A program made the position numbers and the translations under genes. A stretch of 63,796 bases of DNA, the filler included, from Hausera hauseri (Eukaryota): the NCBI GenBank assembly GCA_046269625.1. It is 11 parts of 11 records of this genome, joined end to end, with 100 filler letters (N's around TTAATTAATTAA, not from the genome) between each part and the next. Parts side by side here need not be neighbours in the genome. Positions count along the whole stretch, not along the records: positions 32,733 to 40,531 come from JBJURY010903090.1; positions 40,632 to 45,252 come from JBJURY010500686.1; positions 45,353 to 49,803 come from JBJURY010574561.1; positions 49,904 to 54,014 come from JBJURY010754208.1; 7 more parts are not named here. One strand, written 5' to 3'. Shown here in pieces: positions 36,990 to 50,208 of this stretch; position 1 is the stretch's first letter; each line of letters opens with the position of its first letter. The notes under the pieces are model-generated. The model saw nothing but the letters and a program-made list of their open reading frames with translations. It searched no databases and had not been told where the DNA came from.

Positions 36990-39570
36990 AAAATAAGAAT
37001 TCCCTTTATAGTCACTTTGTCTTGTATTTTGTTGATTATCCGTGTTAAGTGTTTGAACAATCATACTTATAAGTTGGTCGGTGTCTTTGGTGCGTTTCTT
37101 TCGTGTTGCGTTAGGTATGCTTGGGTGGATAGATGTTTCCCTTTTCCATTTTGTATTTATTTTTGCTCCCTTCTTTGTTTAGGCTATTACGGATTTTTCG
37201 AATTTCTTCGTCCTTCGCTTGTTCTTTAGCTATAGCCTCATGTGTAATTGGTATAAACAAAAATATGTGCATTTCTTCATTGACTTCTGCATTATCTACT
37301 TCATCTGTTATGGTTTGAATCAAATCGATCATTTTATAGTACTCGTATAAAATGTCCTCCACTAATGGATCTTTATAGTCACTTGGTCTTGTATTTTGTT
37401 GATTATTCTTGTTAAGTGTTTGAATAATCATACTTATAAGTTGGTCTGTATTTTTGGTGCGCTTCCTTTGTGTTGCTTTGAGTATACCTTGATGAACATT
37501 TTGTGAATAATATTCCTTCAGATCTTGCATGTTCTCATAATCAAGATTAGAGTGATCATTATAATCTTGGTCAATATCTCTTTCTTGAAGTCTTGACAAA
37601 AAATCTGCATTAGCATTTGCTTTTCCTTGTCGATATTTTATCAAAATTTCTAGATCCTGGATTTCTGCAGCCCATTTCTTTAATTTTCGCCTAGTATCCC
37701 GTTGCTTCATTAACCATTGTAGAGGTTTTTGATCCGTATATAATATTATTTCTCATCCAGTAATGTAATATCTAAAATATCGTAAAGCATATACTATGGT
37801 ATAACATTCTCTTTCAATTGTTGACCATCTACGTTGCGTTTCACTTAATGTATTACTGAGACATGCTATTATTCCTTCGCGTGGTCTATCAGGAACTGAT
37901 TGTCCTAAGACTGCTCCTATCGCATAGCCACTGGCATCGGTCATGATTATATAAGGGTAATTGGGATCAGGAAACTGTAATATTGGTGGGGAAGTTAAGA
38001 CTTGTTTTAGGACTTAGAATGATCTCTGATGTATTTCTTCCCAATTCCATGCTGTTCCTTTCTTTATTCATTCCACTAGTGGTTTAACTATACTTGTAAA
38101 ATTATATACAAACTTTCTATAATAATTAGCCATTTCTAACAATCTTTGCAATTCCTTAAGACATTTAGGTGGTTTTAACTTTTTAAGTTTTTCCACATTT
38201 CTAGGATCGGGTTGGATACCTTTACTCGAAACTATATGTCCAAGAAAAGTAACCGTGTTTTCCGCAAACTCACATTTCTTCATTTTAATCTTTAAGTGGG
38301 CTTATTTCAATCTATCAAATACTTGAGAAAGATGTTTTAAGTGCTGTTCGAAGTTTTCGGAAAATATTATTACGTCATCTATATATTCCATGCAGTGGGT
38401 TAACCCTTGCAATACAAAATTCATGCATCTTTGAAATGTAGCGGGTGCCCCTGTTAGACCAAAAGACATAACATTAAATTCCCATAATCCGGTTCCTGTA
38501 GAAAAGGCTGTTTTTTGTTTGTCCTCCTCAGCTACTTCTACCTGCCAAAATCCACACTGTAAATCTAGAGTAGTAAATATAGTGGCATTTCGTAAGGCCG
38601 TCAACATTTCATCTATTTTTGGTAATGGATAATTGTCTTTCTTCGTGACGTTATTTACTGCTCTGAAATCTACACAAAATCGTTGAGTTCCGTCTTTCTT
38701 CTGTACTAATACTACTGGAGATGTCTATGGAGAGAAGCTTGGTCGGGTGATACAGTGTTCCACCATCTGTGCTATTTGTCTGTCGCATTCTTCCTTCTTA
38801 ACTTCAGCCATTCTGTATGGATTTTGTTTAATGGGATAAGTATTCTCTGTAATTATGTTGTATTGAATAACATTAGTTCTACCAATATGATTATCATTCA
38901 TAGCTATGATATCACGATTCTTATGGAACAATTGTAACAATTTCTTTAATTGATAAGGGGTTAAGTCGCCATCCTTAAATTTAATATTCTCATCTTCTAC
39001 TAAAAACGTTGCTGCGCATACTTTAACTGGTTGTAATTGTCCTAAATTAAGATTTTGTCGTAATCTGATTTCTTTCTTATTAATGCTTTCTATTGGTAAC
39101 TCCAGACATTGTACTCCTTTTGGTACAAATAAAATATATTGTAGAATCTTATATTTTTCATTATTGTACAAATTCGGTTCAAACATACAAGTTTGTTTGT
39201 GGTATTGAGATGGTATTGTTAACATTACTACTATCTGTTGTTGTGGTCTGATAGTGACGTTATGGGTTAAGGTCATACTAATCTCCTCTATTGGCAGATT
39301 AGTCATTGTATATTTCAGAGTCTTTGTCGATAAATCCATTGAAAGTCCTGTTATTTGTGATAGTACGTCCATTCCTATTACTAAAGGTACCGGCAATATT
39401 TTATCATCAACCACAAATAAGGTAATTGTATAAAGAATATCATCGAATCTTATCTGGATGTTTATTTTTCCTAAGAATTGTACTTGTGTGGAATTGGCTG
39501 CTGCTATTACTATATCGCTTGGCATAATTGCTCCCTTTTGATCGTCAGTTAGATACGAGTGGAATCAATG
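36990..39570 (-). mobile_element. Degenerate Gypsy pol (protease C-half, spacer, RT, RNase H, start of integrase)
   Basis: LVIGMDVL; PIKQNPYR; KKDGTQRFCVDFR; LDLQCGFWQV; FGLTGAPATFQR; YIDD; FLGHIVS; TDASGYAIGAVL; NANADFLSR. Confidence 0.95.
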
Positions 39571-41449
39571 TATAATTGAATAATAAAAATCAATATTAGA
39601 AATTAATGTAAAGCATATTATTCAAATTAACATAGAACTGAATAATAAAAATTGATATTGATATTTAACATACCACATGACGGCTAGTATATAAACTAGT
39701 CGTAAGAAACCAAAACAACACAACAACCACCAAAAACCCTATTCAGAAATTGTTAATCATTATATTCGCCTTTTTAAGGAAGCGCAATAATATACGTATT
39801 ATTGATCAAAGGACTACGAAGAATCTTTAGTATTGATTTTAAAAGGAAAATTTTATTCCCATCAAACAACAGCAAGTGACTCAGAAATTTAGTAATAATA
39901 ATTTATCTTTCTTTAGACTTGTGTCGGAAGGTATAAGAACTACTATTACTTAAATTAATAGAACTTCGATTCGAATCTATTCTATTATAATGGCAGATCG
40001 AATAGATAATGAACTGGAAGATACCCTCGGTAAAGTATAATTCAATTCTGGTTTATAATGTTATGATGTGAAATATTAGTTCAATGTAATTATCTGTATA
40101 ATTTTGTTATATAAAAAAATTTGTTAAAATGAAATACATCCTAGTTGTTTGACAAAATGAAATGGTGCAATTATTTTTAAAGTTGTAAAAATAGAAAAAA
40201 TGTTCATAGAGACATACTAGATAGCGATATGATTAGCAGTATTAGGATGGAGAGAATGATAGTTAACATTGATATTAGTCGATTTTACGGATCAGGACAA
40301 CTAAATAGTGATATTTATCAAAGTTTGATGACGGTTGATTCTTCCGCTCGAAATTATATATCGAAGGAGTGTCAGATCCTCAATCTTGATCAGGTCCATT
40401 TCAACATAATTACTGTGCGATTGAGAGCAATTTTAAAAATGAATACGAATTAAAATTGTGAGGATATAATTGAGAACAGAAGTTCTAAATTTAAATCAGA
40501 TACATTTTTAAATTTAAATTAAGATTATAATNNNNNNNNNNNNNNNNNNNNNNNNNNNNNNNNNNNNNNNNNNNNTTAATTAATTAANNNNNNNNNNNNN
40601 NNNNNNNNNNNNNNNNNNNNNNNNNNNNNNNAAATATAGTCTTGTATGTAGAGAGGCAAAATGGTGAACGTTTACTCACTAATCAATAGAAGCGCTTTTA
40701 ATAAACATTCAAAACTTTATTGTTGTTGTTAAGTATCTTAAAGCGGCGAGTGATGAGATTAGCTCTCGTTTCGAGTCTTACAAAAGAATGCTTGAGCCCT
40801 GAAAAAAATGTTGTCAGAACCCTGAAAGGGGACAGCCCGTGGTGTGTGCTAAGTGCCGATGCTGTGCTTAAGTCCCGTTAAATTTAAAAAGGGTCTTTGC
40901 GTCAATTAGGCATTGTTAGGCTTCCGTGAAATGTTTCTGCATCCTGCAGGCGGACCATAAATTCTCAGGCTGTTAGACAAAACATGTTCTCAATGTAGGT
41001 TACGAAATGAAGAGGTGAAATGGGGACTTCTGCCAGTTCCGTCTTTGATCACTTCTACTGTTTCCAGCGTGTTGCTTGTATTTGGCCGCACATCGCTTAA
41101 TTCAAAATTGATGCAGTGTAGAGATGGATACAGATGCAGACTCTGCCAGAATTCTCTGTAGAGCGATTCTTGCCATAAAAATACCAATAGATTAATATTA
41201 ATAGCAACCACTCAATTTCAAATGATCTCGTTTACTTAAATTAATATCCTCCTGTACTATCTCGTGGTGGAGAGGTTTTTCAAAGATATTTCCATTAGCT
41301 GTCACAGCATGTCACCTGATGATGATGATGTTCGCAGGTATTCGTGTATATCCAGAAGTGCTCCAAACATCAGATCTAAAATATTTCCATTACATTCAAG
41401 CTTCAAATTTTACGTACAGATTATTATTTATTACTCATGTCGGCGTCAG

Positions 41450-41765
41450 AGGTGGGACTTAGTGGTCTCGTGATAAGATATCGGCCTCGTGTACTAGGGG
41501 TGGGGAGTGCAAATCCAGTTAAAAGAACTTTTTTTTTCCTATTGGATCTTCTAGTAAAAAAACCCAACTGATCTCAGTGAGTGAGATCGGACGTACGTCT
41601 ACGCTGTGGTGTACATTAAAAATCCTTTGACATTTCGAGGTTGAAAAAGAGTAGGCCTAACGGCCGCTGCTCGAAAACAAATTCTAGGAAAAGTCTACCA
41701 AACCTACAAGGTGCTCGCTGATGCTCGAGCACTGAGCTGCGATCTTCAGAACAAAGGTGGAAGAA
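41450..41765 (+). repeat. tRNA-derived SINE-like repeat; partial second copy at about 42600-42740
   Basis: tRNA-like head (TAGTGGTCTCGTGATAAG...GAGTGCAAATCC); body GAAAAAGA.TAG...ATTCTAGGAA.AGTCTACC.AACC...TGAGCT.CGATC is shared with 42612-42725. Confidence 0.55.
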
Positions 41766-41849
41766 GAACTTATGGATATATATCCGTGTGCGAAGATATT
41801 AACCCTTCCACTAAACTAAACAATTCATGTTAGTTTAAAATACCAGTAC

Positions 41850-42868
41850 CTGTAAAGTAATTTTTGACCACATCCAGGTTAAGAATTTGCAAAGCCGGGG
41901 CCAAAGCTGGGGTTGATATATAGGGATTATCATTGTCATCTCCTCCAGCCTCCACGAGTAGCACAGTCACACGTGGGTCCTCACTCAATCTGTTGGCCAC
42001 AACTGCCCCAGCTGATCCAGCTCCCACTGCGGTAAAATTAGTGAATAAAATAAGATAGGTGAAAATGGGTAGTTCATAATGTAATGTACAACTATTTTTT
42101 CACTGTACATAATGTTTGTAATTCTTATCAGCTACAATTGTTTCTATTTAATCTCTATGCACTGTTGCGGCCTTACGCCATCGTTTAACAATTGCATGGA
42201 TGTAGTAATTGTATCAACTTTTATTTTGGTCACATGGCCGTGTCTTTACCGCATGAATCACACTTTTGTCATCTTCAGTTTTTGTTCCATGGAGTGCATA
42301 TTTCAACGATGAAAATCTGAAGAAGCCAGAGAGGAACATTAGGTTTGATGAAAGAGAACAGTCCAACCCTATTTTTTTCAACTGTTTCCCTTGTTTTTAA
42401 ATTGCAGTTCTTTGTAACTTCTTCATTCATGTCTCCTATTTTAACAGATTAATGCGACTCTCATATCCGTCCGATTGCCATGGAATCAAATCCTGGCGGA
42501 AATTCATACAATGTGTTTCTCCTGTATCTTCTAGACCTATCTTTTGGGTAGTAAGCTCGAACGTCCGTGTACAATGTCGCGCATGCTAAATACCTCTTCA
42601 CAGTTTGAAATCGAAAAAGAATAGTCAAAACGACCACAAGATGCTTAACATTCTAGGAATAGTCTACCCAACCCACGGTAGATCCTCGCCGGTAACGGAG
42701 TACGTGCGTTGAGCTACGATCATCCAAAATAGAGGAGACGTGATCAATTACAGATGTTATCAACGTGCGGAATATTTAACACTTTGACTAAACTGAATTG
42801 GTGTATTTTCAGTGTGTTTGTTTATACGTCTGTCTTTACGTCTGTGAATACAGACCACATTTCTCCCG

Positions 42869-42902
<34 letters not shown>

Positions 42903-43102
42903 TACATACACACTCGCGCGCACACAAGAACGCCAATATACATGCCAATTCTACATGTTAACGAATACTTACCTACTGTATAGTCATATGATGCATTAGG
43001 CTGGGACACAAAAGCGGTTGGGGTATTACTGTCTGAAAACATATACCACTTTAAAATGAAGCCCACCAAAACTATCGCGGCTGTAGTCAACATGAGCGCC
43101 AT
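41850..43102 (-). CDS. GMC oxidoreductase (FAD glucose/choline dehydrogenase family), exons 1 (43102-42973) and 2 (42026-41850); the rest was not found in this contig
   Basis: Spliced reading: signal anchor, then YDYTV|[28 protein letters not shown] (GxGxxG FAD motif). The phase-1 GTAAGT...GCAG intron restores the frame. Confidence 0.92.
42869..42913. repeat. Compound (CT)n(CA)n microsatellite in the GMC intron
   Basis: Read directly from the sequence. Confidence 0.95.
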
Positions 43103-44464
43103 TTTCTCCGTTATTTCTGCATTCCAGTTAGTTCAAATAAACGAGAACTTTCCCTCCACACGAACTTTAATTTGTTGAACTGGAATATTTGTTAGAACCG
43201 ATAAACAAACACGACAATAGTTTCCAAACTTACATGCAAGAAATCCAACCGGTCTTAGCCAACGCCTAATTGAAGTTTCACTTTTCTTGTCAGTCTATAA
43301 ATTTTCTGCGGTTTAAAAGAAAAACACTAAAGTAACATAAATGAACAAAGCAGCGGTTCTCAAAATAGAATCCTGGCTACCTTAAATTATGATCAATACA
43401 GATTCTTGATTTTGAAGTTATTTATATGCGATTTTATTACTACACAAATGGTGTTACTAGGCAAATGGTGTTACTAGGTAAATGGTGACACAAGAAAGCA
43501 ATAAACAAACAAAGAAGATACGAAAGAAATAGACGTTAACAAGGTTTCACGGCTCGTGAAGCTAAAGAAGAAGATGTTTGGATGTACCACTTATTCCTCC
43601 GTCATCTACGCTGCTATGGTCTCCTTAAGGGGATGGAGATGCTGTGTGGGTTGGCGATCCATAGACGACCCTGATACACTGTGGACTGATGAATCATAAT
43701 CAGCCAAGATGCTCTGCCACGTTTTCGTCGTTGTCCCCATGAAACGGTAAGGATACCTGTCAGCTAAAGGGTGGAGGCTCGGGATGGTCCCCATTTGAGT
43801 GGTGTATCACTCCTAGGAAACCAAGCATTGGACTAAAGCCTGAATAACCTTGGCCCACCGCCTAGCAACAGCCCCTCTCAAGCTCATTCAGAGGAGTTGA
43901 CGCTCGGTGATGTGGAGATCGAACAAGAACAATAATTCGTATGTGAAGATGTTGACCCTTCGATTGAACTAAACTCACATAAAACAAAGAAAGACAGAGA
44001 GAAAGAGAAACATAGAAAGAAAGAAAGAAGGAACAAGGAAAGATACGTATCATATTTCAATAAACAAGGCTCTACCCGACTTCACGGCTTCATGGGTGAT
44101 GCATGGGTCTACTACTTTTTCTTCTCCCATCTATGGTCTCCTTATGGATGGCGATTCCCAGTACATATTCTACTGACATATTAACATACACATATGACCT
44201 TGCCCTTTTCGATGTCTGTTAAGGGGGAGGGGGGCCATTGAGTTATGAGCTGGATCATTATCACTGCACTCCAGACAAGTCCATAGGTGCTTCACTATCC
44301 CCACCCACCTCCCCCTTCCCAGCGTGTGATGGTCAACTATGTCAGTTCTGTGTTGATTGACAAGTCTGCACGTTCGATATGACTTTAACGTTTGGCTTGG
44401 CCGTGTTTAATCCCTAGTTCTAGCATTCTGGAGATCGATGCTGAATTACAGTTAAGTGAGGTCC

Positions 44465-44700
44465 TCACTCCGTTCTACGATCTAAGATCATTTTGACATG
44501 AGCACGATCCTTTAGCTGACCGTCTGATATGACAGCTGAGCTGGCCAGTCGGTCTGTTCTCTCGTTACCCTCCACGCTGGCATAGCCTTGTACGAATATG
44601 AAGGTGACCTTGCTGACTGTAGAGCTCCGCAGTGATTCAAGCCACTGCCTACCTGTCCAGCCATGCTGTACCCTCTTAAGCAAATTCACTGCGTGAGACA
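44465..44700 (-). pseudogene. RNase H C-terminal fragment of a non-LTR retrotransposon
   Basis: VTFIFVQGYASVEGNERTDRLA matches the xxVPGHAGVxGNERADxLA consensus. Confidence 0.8.
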
Positions 44701-45352
44701 GAATTCTGTTAAGTTGTAACACAATGTTAGTTTAATTAGTTGTTATAATCGATTACTTTAATTAGTTGGTGTAATCGATTGACATCGCAACCGATCAATT
44801 CCGTAATTGGTCCGACCTTATTGTGAATAGTCACAAGGATTTCCAACTCATTAACCCCGTTGCATCGGCGAGGGTCCAAATTGTTTTCTAGTGGGAACTT
44901 TACAGGTAAAAACGTGCACATTAAAGATTCATTAGCAATTGGTAATCGTAAAAACAGTAAGCTCAACGGCCAATGCCCAAACTAAATTCTGGGGAGAACC
45001 CATTCAAACCACGGGGTCCTCGCTGCTGTTGTGCACTGAACTGAGATCCTCCGGAATGGAGGAGAATGGATCCCTAATGGGTGTATGTCCAAGTTCGACG
45101 ACTAGACTTGACTAGACTAGACATTCTCTCTTATACAGACACGCAAAAAGTATTCAAACCTATTACATTCCAGTTGTAATGTTGCGTTTGTCTGTGATCC
45201 ATCCGCGCTGAGAACAGGAACACATTGGTCAATATTTTCGCACACACACACANNNNNNNNNNNNNNNNNNNNNNNNNNNNNNNNNNNNNNNNNNNNTTAA
45301 TTAATTAANNNNNNNNNNNNNNNNNNNNNNNNNNNNNNNNNNNNNNNNNNNN

Positions 45353-47486
45353 GTAATAATAGCATCATCAAATTTTCAGCAACACTTAAAGGATCTGCAA
45401 GATCTTTTTGATAGATGCGAGATAATGGGTCTAAAGATAAATCCCAAGAAATGTTCGTTTGCACAAGCAGAGGTAGATTTCCTCGGACATAAGGTGGACA
45501 GACATGGTGTAAGACCTCAGGACAAGCTTTTAGGAAAAATAAGAGATTTTCCTAAACCAAGTACAGTTAGAGAACTACGTCAGTTCCTAGGTTTAGCAAA
45601 CTATTATCGGCGATTCATAAAGGATTTTAGTAAAATTGCGAAACCTTTGTATGAGTTATTACGTGAAGATTTAGATAAAGTCATCTGGATCAGCGAATGC
45701 CAAAAAGCTTTCAAATATTTAAGAGATTATTAACAGCTCCTATATTAATCCATCCCGACATGACCAATCCATTTATTTTGGCAACAGATGCAAGTGATTA
45801 TGGAATAGGAGCAGTATTATCACAGAACGGTGAAGATGGAAAAGAACACCCTGTGGCCTATGCTTCAACAAAACTTAATAAACATCAGAAGAAATACTCT
45901 GTAATAGAAAGAGTTATTAGCGGTGATATTTGCCTTAGAAGTATTTTCACCGTACATTAGTGAAAATAATCCGCTTATGATTTATACAGACCATAGACCA
46001 CTTCAATGGCTAAAACAGCATGAAAATCCAAATAATAGACTCCTACAATGGGGGCTAAAGTTACAACCATATACATTGAATTTTCAGTATAAACCTGGCA
46101 CGCGAAATGCTAATGGCGATTACCTATCGAGACTACCAGATAAAATAGTAGTATGGATGGATCAACTGAGAAGATTAAGATGAATCAAGATGAAGATATG
46201 GAAATAAGAGCCATTAGGAAATATATAAAAGAGAAAACTATACCAGCTGACAGAGAATTTACCGTCACCTGGTGCGACTCAGCGAAGCGTATGAAGAGAA
46301 GGAAGGATTTCTATATTTTATTAGTCAAAACGGACCTGCATTAGTAATTCCTAAGAAAAATAGAGCAGTTTTACTAACCCAATACCACGATGGATTACTT
46401 GGAGGACACCAATCAGCCAATAAGACACTAAACAAGTTAAAATGAAAATACTTTTGGCCAACGATAATGAAAGACGTACAAGAATGGTGTGAGAGCTGCA
46501 AGCTGTGTGCTATCCGGAAAAACACAGGATCAAAATTCAAAGCACCATTAAAGGTATGGGGTAACCCTCCAGCACCATTCGAGTTTACCGCGATGGATAT
46601 AACGGGGCCATTACCGTTAACACGAAATGGAAATAAATATATCTTAGTATTTATCGATTATTTTACCCGATGGGTGGTTGCTTTACCAATGCCCGATATA
46701 AAGGCAGATACAATTGCTGAAAGATTTGTGGAAAACATACTGTTCAACTATGGAGCTCCAAGAATTCTCTTGACTGATCAAGCATCAAATTTAACTGGAA
46801 CAGTAATGCAGTCCATATATGATATTTTGAAAATATTAAAGTTGCGATCAACGCCCGGACATCCGGAGAATAATGGAATGGTTGAAAGGTATATTGGAGA
46901 TCTGAAAGGAAAGTTACAAACGGTAGTAAATACTAGGCAAGATGATTGGGATGAATACATCAATGCATGTGTTTTCGTCAATCGGACATCAGTCCATGAG
47001 GCTACCAAAGAGACACCCTTCTATTTAATGTATTTGCGGGACGCAAGATTACCAATCGATCTGGCTTTTAACGTAAACCCCATTTCACATTTAATGGAAA
47101 TAGAAGATTATAAACAGTTAATACAAGAACGACTTCAGTTAGCCTACAAAATGATTGGCGATAATCAAAAAGATTATAAATTAAAGTATAAGAAGTATTA
47201 TGACCAAAAGACTAAACAGCCTAAAATCAAGATAGGCGACCAAGTAATGTTGTATTGTCCAGCAATTAAAAAAGGTAAAACGTCTAAGTTAGATAGACCA
47301 TATAAAGGACCATATGAGGTGGAGAAAGTAGATCTACCGAATATTTGTTTGAAGAAAAATAATACTTCTGTAAAAGTACACATTAATAGATGTAAGCCCG
47401 CTGCCAAAGAGAGCAAATTAAGAAAAGGTGAAAAAGAATCGGTATGTAGCATTAGCGAAAAAGTAATTGAAAAAGACTACAAATAA
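45353..47486 (+). mobile_element. Gypsy pol (RT end, RNase H, integrase), frameshifted
   Basis: KCSF..VDFLGH, FLGLANYYRRFI, TDASDYGIGAVLSQ, TDHRPLQWL, HDGLLGGH..CKLC, MDITGPLP, LTDQASN, NGMVERY, and a GPY C-terminal module. Confidence 0.96.
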
Positions 47487-47829
47487 AAAAATATTATTAA
47501 TCATCATTTCGTTAGCTCCCTTGGTGATAGGACAGATGACGGATCAACAAATTAAAGAAGCCAAACTCCATCCAATTCAACAAAATTCATTTCTTAATTC
47601 GAGTTTCCATGGACTTCAACCAAATACTGTTGCAGCAATCAATTACGATATGGAAAGGAAAATATTTGAAAGAAACTGCAATCATTTGCCTTTCATGAGA
47701 TCGAGCAATTTATTTTTGGACACATTAAATCAAAACTACAATTGTTTCGAGAAAATGTCTGATTACAATGACCTCGAGTTATCCAGTCCTCATATTGTTA
47801 TGGAGAAGCATTTGGGTATTTGGAAATAA
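47467..47829 (+). CDS. Short ORF directly after integrase with a signal-peptide-like N-terminus (possible env/ORF3 remnant)
   Basis: KKILLIIISLAPLVIG overlaps the end of pol; no homology recognised. Confidence 0.3.
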   Translation: MKKTTNKKILLIIISLAPLVIGQMTDQQIKEAKLHPIQQNSFLNSSFHGLQPNTVAAINYDMERKIFERNCNHLPFMRSSNLFLDTLNQNYNCFEKMSDYNDLELSSPHIVMEKHLGIWK

Positions 47830-48126
47830 ATTATTGATTTTTGTATTTTCTGCCTTTCTTTGTTTCAATGTATTTATGTACTAATGTATTTTGGCTAATA
47901 TCCGCAGCAGGTAACATTTCGAAATCTTTTTTAGTCTCATAAACAAAATAATGCAAGCAGGCGGCAAAAACTACCGCGAAAAGAATCTTAAGCAAGATGC
48001 TTTTAATTGTCTGTCTGGCAAAAAGGTTCTTCCATGTGTAAAACATCATAAACCCGCAGCTAATATTCGCTAAAGTACGGTATTTATAATTTTAAAAAGT
48101 TGAACTCGGTTTAAAACGCATATTCT

Positions 48127-48169
48127 TATTATAACATGTTTCGGGTTCAAGCGCCATCATCAGATAATA
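48127..48169 (-). ncRNA. Minimal type I hammerhead-ribozyme motif (Penelope-type)
   Basis: UAUUAU-CUGAUGA-uGG...CC-GAAAC-AU-GUU-AUAAUA: 6-bp stem I, intact core, palindromic AACAUGUU stem III; stem II is only 2 bp. Confidence 0.55.
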
Positions 48170-48353
48170 TACTGAAAGTGAATTGAAACCGCAACCTTAA
48201 ATATTCGAAGAGACTATTACATACGCGCGACGCTAAAATAGACAATTAAGAATTAACATTTTGAATCAAGCCTAAATCAAGCCTTTTGAATTAAATCCTC
48301 CGCTTGGACCTTCGAACTCAACATCAAATCTTGTATCCTCAACGATCTAAATG

Positions 48354-48367
48354 TGGCGCCCACCGTG
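48354..48367 (+). promoter_or_regulatory. Possible primer-binding site (tRNA-Lys type) of an LTR element remnant
   Basis: TGGCGCCCACCGTG differs by one base from TGGCGCCCAACGTG; no clear LTR end precedes it. Confidence 0.3.
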
Positions 48368-50208
48368 TATTGTGGCTCCCTGGCCCATTTGGCAGGACAC
48401 AGTAGGGTACGACGTTTTCGTCCCGATGGTGTCACTAACTTTGGCCAGCAATCCTCCCTCGGAGGATCTTACCGTTAGATATTGCATGTCGTTGGACTCG
48501 TAAGCGTAGTGAAAGATATTCTTGAAAGTTATTGTTAAGGATTTGAAGGGAATATGTAAAATTATTGTAGCATACTAGAAATAAAAATGAACTATATAAA
48601 AATTTTTTTAAATATAAAACATTCCGATGCCATTTCAGATTTCTAGTTCCAGCAATCGGTGAATCTGTTGCTGTAAATGTGGTCAAGTTCATCGCAAGAA
48701 GTTTGCAGCTTTAAACACTTTATGTGTTTCAACTGCCAGTTTCAGCAGCTAGAAACCGAAGACAAATTATTCCAGCATTATTTAAGAACTGATGGTTCAA
48801 TTTGTTCAGGTACACCTTTTTTTAGAACTTAATATTTTGAGCAAATTCCACTTACTGGCAAGAAGATTGTTTACTTTATGCACAAAAAATGATGTTTTTA
48901 AGAAACAGTGTCCAGAAATTTCCATCTCCTCTATAATCCTGTCAAGGTTTACGAATGCTGCATGCAAGACCGCCAATCCACGGTGTCTGGGTACATTGTC
49001 AAGTGAGATTTGGAGACAATTTAATCCCTCCAAAATCCTGTTTTGTTTGCTGACATGAAACAGTTTGCCCACTAAAACCTCAATCCAATGAAGATGAGGC
49101 CTTCGGAGTAATAAGGTTTTCATCACCCAGATTGGATCTTTAAATATTTACCATTTGACGTGGCGTGGTGTGTACACACTTTCTTCTGGTTTTAATTAAA
49201 TCCTGGGTGCAGATGCCCTCTATTTCTCACTTTATCTTGACACCAGGACTCTATATAGGGTGGAGGAGGGAGATAAAACACATTAGAAAGGTAAAATAAA
49301 TGATTTGGGGGTATAGACTCTGACGAGGATGAAGATAAAAGACAACTGGCCGTTTAAAACGAAAACAAAGTAGGGTGTTAGGGAGACGGGAAAGAACCTG
49401 ATGACTTGAAAAAGAGCCATGAGGATTAGTACACGTGGAAAAAGAAAACTATATAAAAGATTATGCGATTGTGGAGGAATAAAAAGGGGAGAGATGAGCA
49501 GAATGTTTGTGTAACCAGGTTTACATAGAGTTTATCATTTTGGCAGAGTGCCACTTCCTCTCTGGATTTTATTTTTTATTTTTCGAAACTTGCCCGTCTG
49601 TGTGAGTTTCCTCCTAACTCATACCTGTCTGTGTACGGAGTGTTAGAAGACAATAATGTAAACTCAGGCACATTAGGAGGAATAAAAGATTGCAAAGGTA
49701 GAAAGGTAGAACATAAATCGGAGGAAAACGGTTTGTTTCAGAAAACGACTCACAAAGAAGCTGAACCATCTGATTGGTTGATGACGTCCTTATGGATTCT
49801 CAGNNNNNNNNNNNNNNNNNNNNNNNNNNNNNNNNNNNNNNNNNNNNTTAATTAATTAANNNNNNNNNNNNNNNNNNNNNNNNNNNNNNNNNNNNNNNNN
49901 NNNGGTAAGTTTTTTTTTATCCTCCTCACTCTTTAAAGAAACTGTAGTGACCAAAAACTTGATATCGGTCTCCTCCATATTGAGTTGGTCTCCCATCAGA
50001 CTGGTCCAAGGGTCTTTTCTTCCACTCTATGATAAGAGGCTCTGTCCTGCTGGTCCACATCAGGCCTTCAGTCTTGAGGAGCTTCTTCTTTTAATCAGCT
50101 CTAAACAGAAGCAGGAACCACTGTTAGAGAACAAACATGTGGTTGGTGAAGGTCTGACGTGATAATAGATAGAGTCATTGCTGAGTTACACTACAGGAAA
50201 AGTGGACA

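Noticed and set aside
44715-45167. Solo LTR TGTAA...TTACA
   Set aside because: No TSD and no second copy in the window.
48640-49126. hAT/ZNF862-like transposase remnant
   Set aside because: Only a vague HRxLAV resemblance; no catalytic motifs recoverable.
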